From Methanobacterium sp. (GTDB lineage Archaea > Methanobacteriota > Methanobacteria > Methanobacteriales > Methanobacteriaceae): a stretch of 64,000 nt of DNA. The position numbers were made by a program, and so were the translations under genes. Below the pieces are notes generated by a model, which was not told the origin of the DNA, did no database searches, and saw only the letters and a list, made by a program, of their open reading frames with translations. Positions 32,790 to 44,886 of the stretch are shown here, piece by piece (position 1 is the stretch's first letter; each line of letters opens with the position of its first letter). The stretch covers positions 198 through 64,197 of the forward strand of contig JACWMK010000007.1 of assembly GCA_015661405.1 (NCBI GenBank). Direction: 5' to 3'.

Positions 32790-33044
32790 ACAGGCAAATT
32801 TATTACATTGTCTAAAAAATGCACATCATCGAAAATCTGAGATGAGAGCAGCCAAAAAATTAAATAGAATTTATATGAATGGATGTAAAGATTTGCATCA
32901 TAATTTTTAATCCTAAAAATATTGTGAACCATGAAATATTAATTAAACGAGGAAACTATTGGTTTCAAAATTTTAGGGATGTATAAAAAAAATATTTTGA
33001 TCAACCAAGTTTTATATTTGGTTGATTGAGAGGGAGGTTTCTTT

Positions 33045-33491
33045 ATGAATCTTACTACTCAAAAAAGATTAGCTGCAGATATACTCAAAGTAGGAGTAAA
33101 CCGGGTTTGGATAGATCCTGAAAACATAGAGGAAGTATCACGGGCTATAACTAGAGAAGGGGTAAAACAACTTATAGATAATAAGATTATTATAGCCAAA
33201 CCCCAGCAGGGTATAAGCAGTTACAGATCAAAGAAAATTGCAGAACAAAAAAGGAAAGGAAGAAGGAAAGGTCGCGGTAGTATAAAAGGAGCTAAAGGTG
33301 CTAGAAATCCTAAAAAAAAAGCTTGGATGACTACTATAAGGGCTTTAAGGAAAGATTTAAAAGGTATGAGGGAAAACCGGGATATTAATAGAACCACCTA
33401 CAGGAAACTTTATAGAATGGCTAAGGGTGGTGCATTCCGAAGCAAATCTTACATGAAAACCTACGCTAGGGATCATGACCTTCTAAGATAA
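33045..33491 (+). CDS. rpl19e: 50S ribosomal protein L19e (eL19).
   Basis: MNLTTQKRLAADILKVGVNRVWIDPE is present. Confidence 0.93.
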   Translation: MNLTTQKRLAADILKVGVNRVWIDPENIEEVSRAITREGVKQLIDNKIIIAKPQQGISSYRSKKIAEQKRKGRRKGRGSIKGAKGARNPKKKAWMTTIRALRKDLKGMRENRDINRTTYRKLYRMAKGGAFRSKSYMKTYARDHDLLR

Positions 33492-33510
33492 AAAAAGGGG
33501 ATTTTATAAA

Positions 33511-34095
33511 ATGGCACATGGATCAAGATATAAATTAGCATTTAAAAGAAGAAAAGAAGGAAGAACAAACTACAACGCCAGATTAAAACTTGTAGCTTTA
33601 GACAATTCCAGAATGGTAGTAAGGATTACTAATCAACATGTAATATCCCAAATAATAAAAGTCAATTCCAAAGGAGATGAAACTCTAATTTCAGCTAACT
33701 CTAAGGAACTGGAAAAATTCGGATGGAAGGGTAATGGAAAAAACACCTCTGCAGCTTATCTCACCGGGTTTTTATGTGGAAAAAAATCTTTAATAGAGGG
33801 AATAAACGAGGCAACATTAGATATAGGTTTAAAATCATCCATCAGGGGTTCAAAAGTATTTGCAGTTCTTAAGGGAGCTGTAGACGCCGGACTTAATATA
33901 CCGCATAATGATAAAATTTTACCTGATGATGAAAGAATTAACGGCACTAAATTAGCTGAATACACTAAAAACCTCAACGATATTGAACTTAAACAAAAGT
34001 TTTCACAGTATTTAGAGAAAGGTCTTTCACCTATAGACCTACCTAATCACTTTGAAATGGTTAAAAATAAGATTGAAACCGAGGTAGCATCATGA
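33511..34095 (+). CDS. rpl18: 50S ribosomal protein L18 (uL18).
   Basis: [18 protein letters not shown] is present. Confidence 0.93.
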   Translation: MAHGSRYKLAFKRRKEGRTNYNARLKLVALDNSRMVVRITNQHVISQIIKVNSKGDETLISANSKELEKFGWKGNGKNTSAAYLTGFLCGKKSLIEGINEATLDIGLKSSIRGSKVFAVLKGAVDAGLNIPHNDKILPDDERINGTKLAEYTKNLNDIELKQKFSQYLEKGLSPIDLPNHFEMVKNKIETEVAS

Positions 34096-34733
34096 GTAAC
34101 GAAGAATGGGAGCCTAAAACAAATCTGGGACGTATTGTAAAGGAAGGTAACATAACAGATATAGATGAAATTTTTGAGAAAGGCCTTCCTATAATGGAAC
34201 TGGAGATTGTAGATGCATTACTACCAGATCTAGAAGAAGAAGTAATGGATGTTAATCTTGTCCAGAGAATGCATAAATCTGGTCGAAAAGTAAATTTCCG
34301 TGTTATAGTGGCTGTAGGTAATAAAAATGGTTATGTTGGTTTAGGTCAAGGTAAAGCCAAAGAAGTAGGTCCAGCCATACGTAAAGCCGTTGATGATGCT
34401 AAATTTAATATAATAAAAGTTAGAAGAGGCTGCGGTGATTGGGGTTGTGTTTGTGGAAAGGAACATACTGTACCATTTAAAGTAGAAGGAAAAGTTGGAA
34501 GTGTAAGAGTAACTCTTATGCCAGCTCCTGGTGGAGTGGGACTAGTTTTAGGAAACGTGGGTAAAACCATACTCAGACTAGCTGGTATAGATGATGTATG
34601 GTCTCAAACTCGAGGTCAAACTCAAACCACAATAAACTTTGCAGGAGCAGTTTTCACTGCCCTGAAGCATCTGAGTACAGTTAAAGCAAATAAATCAGAC
34701 CTTGAAAATCTTGGAGTGGAATGTACTTATTAA
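34092..34733 (+). CDS. rps5: 30S ribosomal protein S5 (uS5).
   Basis: ATGA overlap with rpl18. The sequence includes [20 protein letters not shown]. Confidence 0.94.
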   Translation: MSNEEWEPKTNLGRIVKEGNITDIDEIFEKGLPIMELEIVDALLPDLEEEVMDVNLVQRMHKSGRKVNFRVIVAVGNKNGYVGLGQGKAKEVGPAIRKAVDDAKFNIIKVRRGCGDWGCVCGKEHTVPFKVEGKVGSVRVTLMPAPGGVGLVLGNVGKTILRLAGIDDVWSQTRGQTQTTINFAGAVFTALKHLSTVKANKSDLENLGVECTY

Positions 34734-34799
34734 TCCATAAAATAAACTTCACAGAATTTTATAGAACCCAATTGAACATATTTATAAGGTGATAAAAAA

Positions 34800-35255
34800 A
34801 TGATTGCAGCCATAAGAATAAGGGGCAGAACCGGCTTAAAAAGAGAAATAGAGGATACCATGAAGATGTTACGGCTTACTAGAATAAATCATGCCGTTAT
34901 ACTTGATGAAAATCCTAATTATCAAGGAATGCTCCGGAAGGCAAAAGATTATATAACTTGGGGTGAAATCCGAGAGGACACCATAATTAAGGTTATAAGT
35001 AAAAGAGGAAAACTTCCCGGCGGAGCCCAAGTTACAGAAGAATATTTAAAAGAGAATACTAATTACTCTTCTATTGAAGAACTTTCCAAAGCAGTGCTTG
35101 AAGGTGCGAAATTAGAAGAATCTGGTGTAAAACCTATTTTTAGACTACATCCTCCCCGTAAAGGTTATGAAAACGTTAAAAAAACCTATAATGAAGGCGG
35201 AAGTTTAGGATACCGTGGAGAAAATATAGAAGAACTTATAAATAAAATGATTTAA
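34800..35255 (+). CDS. rpl30: 50S ribosomal protein L30 (uL30).
   Basis: IRIRGRTGLKREIEDTMKMLRL is present. Confidence 0.92.
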   Translation: MIAAIRIRGRTGLKREIEDTMKMLRLTRINHAVILDENPNYQGMLRKAKDYITWGEIREDTIIKVISKRGKLPGGAQVTEEYLKENTNYSSIEELSKAVLEGAKLEESGVKPIFRLHPPRKGYENVKKTYNEGGSLGYRGENIEELINKMI

Positions 35256-35372
35256 ATAATCTAAAAATTTCTGATCCAAAAGAAAAGAAATAAAAATTAT
35301 ATTAAAATAATTATATAATGAAAAAGAGGGCATCAGAAATTAAACTTAAAGTTTAAAAGGGTTTGATCACGA

Positions 35373-35810
35373 ATGATAAGAAAAACTAAAAAAATATGTA
35401 AAATGAGAGGCTCAAGAACCGTGGGAGGAGGCTGCTCCAAGATGAGAAGAGGAGCAGGTCACCGTGGTGGAAGAGGAATGTCCGGAGGTCACAAACACAT
35501 GTGGACTTGGATAGTTAAATATGATCCTAAACATTATGGAAAATACGGTTTCAAAAGACCTCAAAAAACTATCACAAGATTTAAAACAGTAAATCTTGAT
35601 TTCATAGATGAAAAAGCAGCAGTATTGATTGATAAGAATTTAGCAACCCAAGAAAATGGAATTATAGTGATAAATGTAACCGAGTTGGGATATAATAAAG
35701 TATTAGGAAATGGTAGAATCACCCAACCACTCATAATTAAATCACCTAAATTTTCACAAACAGCATTAACTAAGATTGAAAATGCTGGTGGAGAAGCAGT
35801 CATTATTTAA
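35373..35810 (+). CDS. rpl15: 50S ribosomal protein L15 (uL15).
   Basis: RGAGHRGGRGMSGGHKH is present. Confidence 0.92.
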   Translation: MIRKTKKICKMRGSRTVGGGCSKMRRGAGHRGGRGMSGGHKHMWTWIVKYDPKHYGKYGFKRPQKTITRFKTVNLDFIDEKAAVLIDKNLATQENGIIVINVTELGYNKVLGNGRITQPLIIKSPKFSQTALTKIENAGGEAVII

Positions 35811-35895
35811 AATATTTAATTTGTAAAGAATCAAATAATTTAATTTAAGATTAGACTGTTATAATTTATATTTTCAAAGTAAGGAGTGAAACCAT

Positions 35896-37233
35896 TTGAT
35901 TGAAAAGCTGGAGCCTATTTTTTCTCTCATACCTCAGGTTAAATCACCGGAATATAGGGTTCCATTTAGGGAAAAGCTTAAATGGACGGGAGTAATCCTT
36001 GTATTATATTTTATACTTGGAGTAGTAACTTTATATGGTCTAAGCCCAACTGCTGTAGACACATTTGGAGGACTTCGGGCTGTATTGGCTGGTAGTTTTG
36101 GTTCTATAATAACTTTAGGTATAGGACCCATAGTTTCAGCATCCATTATATTACAGCTATTAGTTGGTGGAAAAATTATTGATTTAGATCTCAGCCAACC
36201 AAGAGATAAAGTTATATTCCAGGGAACTCAGAAACTCCTTGCAATCATATTTACAATATTTGAAGCTGCAGTATTAGTTCTCAGTGGTGCACTACCTCCC
36301 TCAGACCCCTCATTCACAGGGATATTACTACTACAAATCGTCATTGGAGGAATACTCATTATATTCCTGGATGAAGTTGTATCTAAATGGGGATTCGGAA
36401 GTGGTGTTGGATTATTCATTGCAGCAGGAGTGGCTCAAACAATCATTGTAGGGACATTTAATCCTCTCTCATCACCAACAACTCCGGGAGTACCTGCCGG
36501 AGCACTACCTCACTTTATATACACATTAACTACAAGTTCGCCTGATTTAAGCCTTCTTATACCTGTGTTTGCGGTTATAGTAGTATTCGCAATAGTTGTT
36601 TATGCCGAATGTATGCGGGTAGAGATACCAGTATCTTATGGTGGTGTTAAAGGAGCACGTGGAAAATATCCTCTTAGATTCATATATGCTAGTAATATGC
36701 CGGTTATATTAACCAGTGCACTTCTATTGAATGTGCAGCTTTTCGCACAAATGTTCCAAAAACTAGGATTCCCCATTTTAGGTACAGTCACTAATGGAAA
36801 AGCAATAAGCGGATTAGCATTACTACTCACATACCCTACAGTTAGTACTATCTTCACCAATCCCTTGGAAGTAATAGTATTTGGAATAGTATTTGTAGCG
36901 TCCTGTATACTATTCGCTTGGCTATGGGTTGAATTGAGTGGAATAGGCCCTAAACAGGTTTCAAAACAGTTATATCAAATGGGAATGCAGATTCCTGGTT
37001 TCAGAAGTAGTAGAGGACATTTCGAGAGAATTCTCCAAAAGTACATACCAGCAATAACCATAATGGGTGGTGCTTTTGTAGGTTTCCTAGCTTTCGGGGC
37101 AGATCTGACAGGAGCTCTTGGTGGAGGTACTGGTGTTCTGCTTACTGTAGGTATAGTATATAGATTATACGAAGAATTAGCACAAGAACAAATGATGGAT
37201 ATGCATCCTATGCTTAGAAAATTTTTGGAATGA
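35896..37233 (+). CDS. secY: Preprotein translocase subunit SecY.
   Basis: TTG start with an AGGAGTG Shine-Dalgarno sequence. It is a 445-aa, 10-TM protein in the conserved position after rpl15. Confidence 0.94.
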   Translation: MIEKLEPIFSLIPQVKSPEYRVPFREKLKWTGVILVLYFILGVVTLYGLSPTAVDTFGGLRAVLAGSFGSIITLGIGPIVSASIILQLLVGGKIIDLDLSQPRDKVIFQGTQKLLAIIFTIFEAAVLVLSGALPPSDPSFTGILLLQIVIGGILIIFLDEVVSKWGFGSGVGLFIAAGVAQTIIVGTFNPLSSPTTPGVPAGALPHFIYTLTTSSPDLSLLIPVFAVIVVFAIVVYAECMRVEIPVSYGGVKGARGKYPLRFIYASNMPVILTSALLLNVQLFAQMFQKLGFPILGTVTNGKAISGLALLLTYPTVSTIFTNPLEVIVFGIVFVASCILFAWLWVELSGIGPKQVSKQLYQMGMQIPGFRSSRGHFERILQKYIPAITIMGGAFVGFLAFGADLTGALGGGTGVLLTVGIVYRLYEELAQEQMMDMHPMLRKFLE

Positions 37234-37280
37234 CAATAAAAATTATAGAATAATATTAAAATTCAAGAGAGGATTTATAG

Positions 37281-37838
37281 ATGAAAGTGGTCGTAGTAGC
37301 TGGAATTCCGGGTTCGGGCAGTACAACAATTTTGGAGAATGCATTGGAAAACTTGGAGTATACACATGTTAATTATGGTGATGTGATGCTACTTATAGCT
37401 CAAGAAATGGGATTAGCGGATGATCGAGATTCTATAAGAAAATTATCTCCTGATGTGCAGAAGGAAATTCAGCGAAAGGCTGCAAAAGATATAAAAGAAA
37501 GGTCAAAGGAAAGTAATATAATTGTAGATACTCACTGCACAATCAAAACACCTCATGGTTTTTTACCAGGACTTCCTAAATGGGTGCTTGAGGAATTACA
37601 ACCAGATCAATTTGTCTTGATTGAGGCAGATGGTGACGAGATTATTTTACGAAGAATCAATGACACATCCAGAATTAGGGATGTGGAGAAGCTTAAAGAC
37701 ATCGATCTTCATCAGCAAATGAATAGGGCAGTTTCAATGGCTTACGCTGCTTTAACTGGTGCAACCGTTCAAATAATTATGAATCATGATAATCAATTGG
37801 ATGAATCTGTTGAGGAAATTATTAGAACGCTTAAATAA
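37281..37838 (+). CDS. adkA: Adenylate kinase, archaeal type.
   Basis: MKVVVVAGIPGSGSTT P-loop and the position after secY. Confidence 0.9.
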   Translation: MKVVVVAGIPGSGSTTILENALENLEYTHVNYGDVMLLIAQEMGLADDRDSIRKLSPDVQKEIQRKAAKDIKERSKESNIIVDTHCTIKTPHGFLPGLPKWVLEELQPDQFVLIEADGDEIILRRINDTSRIRDVEKLKDIDLHQQMNRAVSMAYAALTGATVQIIMNHDNQLDESVEEIIRTLK

Positions 37839-37906
37839 AATTATTAAATTAAAAAAATTATAAAAACTGAAAACTATAACATTTTTATGATAAGAGGTAA
37901 TAAAAA

Positions 37907-38491
37907 ATGGCGATTCAAATTTTAAATCAACTCCTGAATCCAGTGTTAACTCCTTTACTTCACTTAGTTAATGATCCACATAATCCTGCATTTGCATTAA
38001 TGATAGGAGTTTTTATAATAGCCACTATAGTAGCTTTTATAATTACTATGGCTAATAAGCTATTAGTAGATCAGGATCGATTACAGTTTTTACAAAAGGA
38101 AATGAAAGTATTCCAACAGGAAATGATGCAAGCCCAAAAATCAGGCGACCCCAAAGTTATGGCGGATGCTAAGAAAAAGCAATCTGAATTCATGGATATT
38201 CAGAAAGAGATGATGTTCAATTCATTCAAACCTATGATAGTTACTTTTGTACCTATCATAATCGTATTTTATTGGATGGCGCAGAATCCAGCTGTAACAC
38301 ATTTTTATGTGTTACTACCTGCATTAGCCTATTATGTATTACTCGTGCCAATATTCCACATGTTTTACCATCCTTCTGCTTTCGTGCCCCATAATGTTAT
38401 GGCTATTGAATGGTTAGGTTGGTATATCCTATGTTCATTTGCCATGTCTTTAATATGGAGAAAATTTTTGGGACTTAAAGGAGCGATGTAA
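37907..38491 (+). CDS. DUF106/EMC3-TMCO1-like membrane protein (archaeal Oxa1/YidC-superfamily insertase homologue).
   Basis: A TM helix, a coiled-coil (KEMKVFQQEMMQAQKSGD) and two further TM helices, in the conserved position after adk in Euryarchaeota. Confidence 0.75.
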   Translation: MAIQILNQLLNPVLTPLLHLVNDPHNPAFALMIGVFIIATIVAFIITMANKLLVDQDRLQFLQKEMKVFQQEMMQAQKSGDPKVMADAKKKQSEFMDIQKEMMFNSFKPMIVTFVPIIIVFYWMAQNPAVTHFYVLLPALAYYVLLVPIFHMFYHPSAFVPHNVMAIEWLGWYILCSFAMSLIWRKFLGLKGAM

Positions 38492-38521
38492 TAAAATATT
38501 AAGTTTAAGAGGTGTATTATA

Positions 38522-38788
38522 ATGCCAGCATTAAGATATAGATCTAGATCGTATAAAAGAACTTTTAAGAAAACTCCCGGAGGAGTTACGGTATTACATT
38601 ATAAGAAGAAGAAACCATCCAAACATTTATGCGCGGATTGTGGTAAATTACTTCATGCAGTTCCCCGGGCAAGACCGTATCAAATAAGAAAACTTCCAAA
38701 ATCAAAGAAAAGACCTAATAGGCCATATGGTGGATATCTCTGTTCAGAATGCGCCCGTAAAATATTTAAAAGAGAGGCCAGATCCTGA
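38522..38788 (+). CDS. rpl34e: 50S ribosomal protein L34e (eL34).
   Basis: [17 protein letters not shown] and a CxxC...CxxC motif are present. Confidence 0.9.
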   Translation: MPALRYRSRSYKRTFKKTPGGVTVLHYKKKKPSKHLCADCGKLLHAVPRARPYQIRKLPKSKKRPNRPYGGYLCSECARKIFKREARS

Positions 38789-39306
38789 TGATTATAACCA
38801 TCGGCGGATTAGCTGGAAGTGGTACAACTACAGCATCAGAAATCCTGTCTAAGAAGATGGGAATTCCTTATCTTTCAGCAGGGGATATATTTCGTCAGAT
38901 GGCAGCCGAATGTAATATGACTATATTAGAATTTAGTAAATATGCTGAAGATAACTTAGATATTGATCGTGAAATAGATCAAAGACAAGCTCAAATAGCT
39001 AGTGAAAGTGAAGATCTGATTGTAGAAGGAAGGCTTTCCGCATATTTTGTAGAAGCGGATCTTAAAGTTTTTTTCACAGCCCCATTAAGTGTTCGTTCTG
39101 AACGGATCAGTAGAAGAGAAAATAAACCTTTAAATATTGTAGAGAAAGAAGTTTTAGAGAGAGGAAAAAGTGAGGCTAGACGTTACCAGGAATTACATGG
39201 AATTAATATTAATGATTTTGAGATTTATGATCTTATCATAAAAACTAATAGTTTCCATGCTGAAAGCGTCACTAAAATTATATTAACAGCAATTGAGGTG
39301 ATTTAA
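38788..39306 (+). CDS. cmk: Cytidylate kinase, archaeal type.
   Basis: [16 protein letters not shown]-loop. The start overlaps the rpl34e stop. Confidence 0.88.
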   Translation: MIITIGGLAGSGTTTASEILSKKMGIPYLSAGDIFRQMAAECNMTILEFSKYAEDNLDIDREIDQRQAQIASESEDLIVEGRLSAYFVEADLKVFFTAPLSVRSERISRRENKPLNIVEKEVLERGKSEARRYQELHGININDFEIYDLIIKTNSFHAESVTKIILTAIEVI

Positions 39307-39537
39307 ATGCCAGCTATAGAAGTTGGAAGAGTTTGTATTAAAATTGCAGGAAGAGAATCCGGCGAAAGATGTGTTATTGTAGAGATTATAGATGATAAAT
39401 TTGTAGAAGTGGTAGGTAAAACCATAAAAAACAGAAGATGCAACATTAAACATTTAGAACCAGTGGATCAAGTAATTGGAATAAAATCTGATGATGTTGA
39501 AATAGTGAAAAAAGATTTAGAATCCATTTTAGCATAG
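39307..39537 (+). CDS. rpl14e: 50S ribosomal protein L14e (eL14).
   Basis: IEVGRVCIKIAGRESGERCVIV (KOW-like) is present. Confidence 0.88.
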   Translation: MPAIEVGRVCIKIAGRESGERCVIVEIIDDKFVEVVGKTIKNRRCNIKHLEPVDQVIGIKSDDVEIVKKDLESILA

Positions 39538-39614
39538 AAACAACAGAAATACAAAAAAAAATGATTTTTTATGAATTATAAAGTTAAAATTGTATTTATT
39601 GTAAGGTTTTATTG

Positions 39615-40577
39615 ATGGTAGAACTCCTCCACAAGGCTGATGGTGAAACAAACCCCGAATATGGTTGTCCACCTGATGAAAGATCTATAGAGGAACATAT
39701 TTCTAAAGGTATTATCAATTTAGATAAACCATCAGGTCCAACCTCTCATGAAGTAGATTCCTGGGTTAAAAAAATACTTAACGTTGATAAAACAGGTCAT
39801 GGGGGGACTTTGGATCCTCGAGTTACTGGTGTGCTTCCAATAGGTATTGATCATGCAACTCGAGTTATTGAACTTCTGCTTCAGGCTCCTAAAGAATATG
39901 TATGTCTTATGAGACTGCATGAAGAGGTTGATGACTGCAGTATAGCTCGTATACTTCGAGAATTCCAAGGAAAAATATTTCAAATTCCACCAGTTAAATC
40001 AGCAGTTAAAAGAGAATTAAGAGTACGTAGGATATACTATGTTGATCTGCTTGAGATGGAGGGACAGAATGTTCTTTTCAAAATAGGCTGTGAAGCAGGA
40101 ACTTATATAAGGAAATACTGTCATGATATCGGTGAAGCATTAGGATCCGGTGCACATATGGCTGAGCTTCGTAGAACAATTGTAGGTACATTCAGGGAGG
40201 ATAAAACCATTAAAACCTTACAGGATTTAACTGATGATTATTGGCAGTTAACTGAGGAAGGTGACGAATCAGCTTTAAGAAGTACTATACTCCCTATGGA
40301 GAAAGCAGCATGTCACCTGCCTAAGTTAGTGGTTAGAGACTCTGCAGTTGATGCTTTATGTCACGGTGCTGATCTGGCTAGTGGAGGAATCTTATCTCTT
40401 ACATCAAATATTGAAAAGGGATCAATTGTTGCCCTACAGACTTTGAAGGGTGAGTTGATAGCAGCTGGGGAAAGCCTCTATAATTCTAGTGAAATATGCG
40501 AGAAAACTAAAGGTATAATGGTGGATATAAAAAAGGTTTTTATGGAACCTGGAACATATCCAAAGATGTGGAAGTAA
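39615..40577 (+). CDS. truB: tRNA/rRNA pseudouridine synthase Cbf5 (TruB family, H/ACA RNP catalytic subunit).
   Basis: INLDKPSGPTSHEV...GHGGTLDP catalytic Asp motif and a C-terminal PUA domain. ATG at 39615. Confidence 0.92.
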   Translation: MVELLHKADGETNPEYGCPPDERSIEEHISKGIINLDKPSGPTSHEVDSWVKKILNVDKTGHGGTLDPRVTGVLPIGIDHATRVIELLLQAPKEYVCLMRLHEEVDDCSIARILREFQGKIFQIPPVKSAVKRELRVRRIYYVDLLEMEGQNVLFKIGCEAGTYIRKYCHDIGEALGSGAHMAELRRTIVGTFREDKTIKTLQDLTDDYWQLTEEGDESALRSTILPMEKAACHLPKLVVRDSAVDALCHGADLASGGILSLTSNIEKGSIVALQTLKGELIAAGESLYNSSEICEKTKGIMVDIKKVFMEPGTYPKMWK

Positions 40578-40690
40578 AAACTCGCTCTTTAAATATGACT
40601 TCCAAAATTATTTGAACCTTAAATCCGGATGTAGCTTAACCTTATTATGAATGATGTTTAAAATTCATGAATAGATTTAATTCTACTTAT

Positions 40691-40775
<85 letters not shown>

Positions 40776-40869
40776 TTTCAAAATACATATATTTAATAAT
40801 AAACATATATTAAGAGAATGAATTTAATTAAATCCTTTGTAAACAGTGGAAATTTGGAGGTTAATTAGT

Positions 40870-41328
40870 ATGGATGAAGAATTTAAACATATGGTCCGTA
40901 TAGCACGGAGAGATTTGGATGGTAATAAATCAATCGTAAATGCCCTTTCAGGTGTAAAAGGCGTGGGAATTGCATTATCAGGGGCTTTATGCACGTCTAT
41001 GAATTTAGATTTAAATCAAAAAATTGGATTTTTATCTGATGATAAAATAACTGAAATTGAAGGTGCAATGAGGGATCCTAAAAAATTCAATCTACCGGAT
41101 TGGATGTTAAACCGACGTAATGATTATGAAACTGGTGAAACAGTTCATCTTATAGAATCAGACTTAATGATGCGTCTTAGAGATGATCTGAATCGAATGA
41201 AAAAAGTTAGAAGTTATAAAGGTAAAAGGCATGAAGTAGGATTACCCGTAAGGGGTCAAAGAACAAAATCCACCTTTAGAAAAGGTACATCAGTTGGAGT
41301 TAGGAAAAGAAGAGCAAGGCAAGTATAA
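40870..41328 (+). CDS. rps13: 30S ribosomal protein S13 (uS13).
   Basis: The ATG at 40870 is preceded by a GGAGG Shine-Dalgarno sequence. The sequence includes [14 protein letters not shown]. Confidence 0.93.
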   Translation: MDEEFKHMVRIARRDLDGNKSIVNALSGVKGVGIALSGALCTSMNLDLNQKIGFLSDDKITEIEGAMRDPKKFNLPDWMLNRRNDYETGETVHLIESDLMMRLRDDLNRMKKVRSYKGKRHEVGLPVRGQRTKSTFRKGTSVGVRKRRARQV

Positions 41329-41351
41329 ACTTATTATAGGAGAAATTTATT

Positions 41352-41876
41352 ATGGGACATCCAAGAAAATCAAGGAAAAAATATGATACACCATCTCACC
41401 CCTGGAATGCGGATAGGATAAAAGCAGAAAATAAATTAACTGTGAAATATGGACTTAAAACTAAGAAAGAAATCTGGAAAGCTGAAACAATGGTTAAAAG
41501 GTATAGGAGGGATGCTAGGCAACTTCTAGGTATGTCTAGTGAACATAATCCTGCTGAAAGGAATCAGCTTTTAAGCCATCTGATGAGATTAGGTTTTTTG
41601 GGACAAGAAGCTAAATTAGAGGATGTATTAAACCTCACCACAGAAGATGTGCTCCGAAGAAGATTACAAACTATGGTACATCAGAAAGGACTAGCTAACA
41701 CTGCAAAAGAATCTAGAATTATGGTGGTACATGGACACATAGCTCTTAATGGTAAAAAAATAGATGCACCTAGTTATCTAGTTAAGCATGGCGAAGAGGA
41801 TCTTATAGGATTTTATGAAGGTTCCGTAATGGAAAAGTATCATAAAGATCAGGTTTCTAAGGCAGATAGTAAATAG
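41352..41876 (+). CDS. rps4: 30S ribosomal protein S4 (uS4).
   Basis: [18 protein letters not shown] is present. Confidence 0.94.
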   Translation: MGHPRKSRKKYDTPSHPWNADRIKAENKLTVKYGLKTKKEIWKAETMVKRYRRDARQLLGMSSEHNPAERNQLLSHLMRLGFLGQEAKLEDVLNLTTEDVLRRRLQTMVHQKGLANTAKESRIMVVHGHIALNGKKIDAPSYLVKHGEEDLIGFYEGSVMEKYHKDQVSKADSK

Positions 41877-41936
41877 AATTTATAAGAAAAATCAGAACAA
41901 TATATAATATTATCAAAATAATTTAGGTGAAATTTA

Positions 41937-42329
41937 ATGGCTGAAAATGAAAAATGGGGTGTAGCTAACATATACTCCTCTTTTAATAATACTATAATCA
42001 CAGTAACTGATCTGACTGGAGCTGAAACCATTACGCAATGGTCTGGTGGTAAAGTAGTAAGAGCAGATAGACAAGAATCATCACCCTTCGCAGCTATGGA
42101 GGCTGCTTCTAGGGCAGCAGATGATGTAAAAGAAAAGGGAATAATAGGATTGCACATCCGAGTAAGAGCACCCGGTGGAAACGGTCCCAGAACACCCGGA
42201 CCCGGGGCTCAGGCCACTATCCGAGCTTTAGCTAGGGCAGGCATACGAATTGGTAAGATAGAAGATGTAACTCCAATACCTCATGATGGTACCGGAAGAC
42301 CAGGAGGTAAAAGGGGGAGAAGGGTCTAA
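41937..42329 (+). CDS. rps11: 30S ribosomal protein S11 (uS11).
   Basis: [22 protein letters not shown] is present. Confidence 0.94.
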   Translation: MAENEKWGVANIYSSFNNTIITVTDLTGAETITQWSGGKVVRADRQESSPFAAMEAASRAADDVKEKGIIGLHIRVRAPGGNGPRTPGPGAQATIRALARAGIRIGKIEDVTPIPHDGTGRPGGKRGRRV

Positions 42330-43115
42330 ATGAATATAGACATTAAAACTAAAGATGAGCAAAATATCATACTAATAATAGAGGGTGTAGATGTACCATT
42401 TATAAATGCATTGCGAAGAATCTGTATGGTTGAAATTCCCACCATGGCAGTCGAGAATGTTGAAATATATAAAAATGATTCACGTATATTTGATGAAGTT
42501 TTATCACATAGATTAGGTTTAATCCCACTCAAAACTGATCTGGATTCAATTACACTAAGAGAAGAGTGTGATTGTGAAGATCACTGCACCAGTTGTAGTG
42601 TTTCACTTTTACTTAAGGAAACGGGTCCTAAAGTAGTTTACTCTGGAGATCTTACTTCACAGGACTCCAAAATAGTTCCGGTTCATGACAGAATTCCACT
42701 GTTAAAGTTAAGAGATGGAGAAGAAGTGGAATTAGAGGCTATAGCGCAATTAGGAATTGGTTTAGAACATGCTAAATGGCAGCCTACTACTACTTCTGCT
42801 TATATGTACTACCCCGTAATAACTATTGATTCAGAAAAATGTGAAGTATGTGCAAAATGTGCTGATGAATGCCCTCGGGGAGTTTTACAGTTTGATGAGA
42901 AGGAGAATAAGATAATTGTATTGGATCCTGAACAATGTACAATGTGTAAAACTTGTTCTAAGGATTGTGAACCTTCAGCAATAACTGTAGAAGGTAGAGA
43001 GGATAAATTCATATTTAAAATTGAAACCGATGGATCATTATCTCCAGAAGAGGTAATAACAACTGCATGTGATATTCTAGCTCAAAAATCTGATAAAATA
43101 TTAACCTTCAAATGA
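42330..43115 (+). CDS. rpoD: DNA-directed RNA polymerase subunit D (Rpo3) with a ferredoxin-like Cys-cluster domain.
   Basis: The position after rps11 is conserved. [12 protein letters not shown] and [13 protein letters not shown] clusters are present. Confidence 0.92.
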   Translation: MNIDIKTKDEQNIILIIEGVDVPFINALRRICMVEIPTMAVENVEIYKNDSRIFDEVLSHRLGLIPLKTDLDSITLREECDCEDHCTSCSVSLLLKETGPKVVYSGDLTSQDSKIVPVHDRIPLLKLRDGEEVELEAIAQLGIGLEHAKWQPTTTSAYMYYPVITIDSEKCEVCAKCADECPRGVLQFDEKENKIIVLDPEQCTMCKTCSKDCEPSAITVEGREDKFIFKIETDGSLSPEEVITTACDILAQKSDKILTFK

Positions 43116-43134
43116 AAAGGAGTATGTTATAAAG

Positions 43135-43494
43135 ATGATAATACAAAAGACCAACCCCAAGCTCACAGGACTCATAAATAGTCTTAAAGAAAACTCATAT
43201 CAGAAAGAAGCACCCATCTGGAAGGATGTATCCAGAAGACTTGAAAGGTCAACTAGAAGGCAGGCTGAGGTTAATTTATCTCAGTTAAACCGTTACACAT
43301 CCGTTGATGAATTAGTTTTGGTGCCTGGAAAAATTTTAGGAAGCGGTGTACTGGATCATAAGATTCAAGTAGCGGCTTTGAGTTTCTCTAGTTTGGCGAA
43401 AGAGAAAATAGAAACCGCTGGTGGCGAATGCCTCACTATAATTCAACTTATGGAGAGTAATCCCAAGGGCAGTGGTGTAAGAATAATAGAATAA
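43135..43494 (+). CDS. rpl18e: 50S ribosomal protein L18e (eL18).
   Basis: Supported by operon position and sequence. Confidence 0.88.
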   Translation: MIIQKTNPKLTGLINSLKENSYQKEAPIWKDVSRRLERSTRRQAEVNLSQLNRYTSVDELVLVPGKILGSGVLDHKIQVAALSFSSLAKEKIETAGGECLTIIQLMESNPKGSGVRIIE

Positions 43495-43530
43495 AAAAAT
43501 GTTTTTCATATTAATAAGGGTAAGGTGTAT

Positions 43531-43958
<428 letters not shown>

Positions 43959-44018
43959 TTATATTTAACTTAGATAATTATAAAATTAAAATAAAAAAAT
44001 TTATGGTAGTGTTTAATA

Positions 44019-44420
44019 ATGAAGAAGGTAATTCATACAAGTGGAAAGAGGAAAACATCAATAGCTAGGGGTAGATTCCGTGAAGGAAAAGGTCGAGTGA
44101 GAATAAATAAACGACCTGTAGTATTATACCAACCGGAATTAGCTAGACTCAAAATAAATGAACCACTCGCATTAGCAGGTAAACTAACTGAAAATGTGGA
44201 TATAGACGTTAGAGTTGTAGGTGGAGGAGTAATGGGTCAAGCTGAAGCCGCGCGAATGGTTATAGCTAAAGGATTAGTCCAATGGACTAGTGATATGGAT
44301 TTAAAAGAAAAATATGCTCAGTATGATCGAACTATGTTAGTAGGTGACCCTCGACGTAGTGAACCTAAAAAATATGGTGGAAGAGGAGCTAGAGCAAGAA
44401 GACAGAAAAGTTACAGGTGA
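44019..44420 (+). CDS. rps9: 30S ribosomal protein S9 (uS9).
   Basis: [13 protein letters not shown] at the N-terminus and a C-terminal RRQKSYR. Confidence 0.93.
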   Translation: MKKVIHTSGKRKTSIARGRFREGKGRVRINKRPVVLYQPELARLKINEPLALAGKLTENVDIDVRVVGGGVMGQAEAARMVIAKGLVQWTSDMDLKEKYAQYDRTMLVGDPRRSEPKKYGGRGARARRQKSYR

Positions 44421-44450
44421 AACAATTACCAATTTTAAAGATGATTTATT

Positions 44451-44617
44451 ATGATTCCAATAAGATGTTTAAGCTGCGGTAAAGTTGTATCCGGTTATTA
44501 TGAGGAATATAAGAAAAGAACAGAGGATGGGGAAAATCCTAAAGATGTTCTTGATGATCTTGGACTTAACAAATATTGCTGTAGAAGAATGATCATAGCT
44601 CATGTTGAAGTGTGGTA

Positions 44618-44618
<1 letters not shown>
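44451..44618 (+). CDS. rpoN: DNA-directed RNA polymerase subunit N (Rpo10), 55 aa.
   Basis: My translation gives MIPIRCLSCGKVVSGYYEEYKKRTEDGENPKDVLDDLGLNKYCCRRMIIAHVEVW. It is below the ORF-track size cut-off. Confidence 0.92.
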
Positions 44619-44795
<177 letters not shown>

Positions 44796-44886
44796 CTTTT
44801 AATTTAAACTTTAATAGGATATATTTTATTCAAAAAAAAATAGAGGAATAAAAAAAAAGAAATTAATTTTATGGAAGAAGATTATT

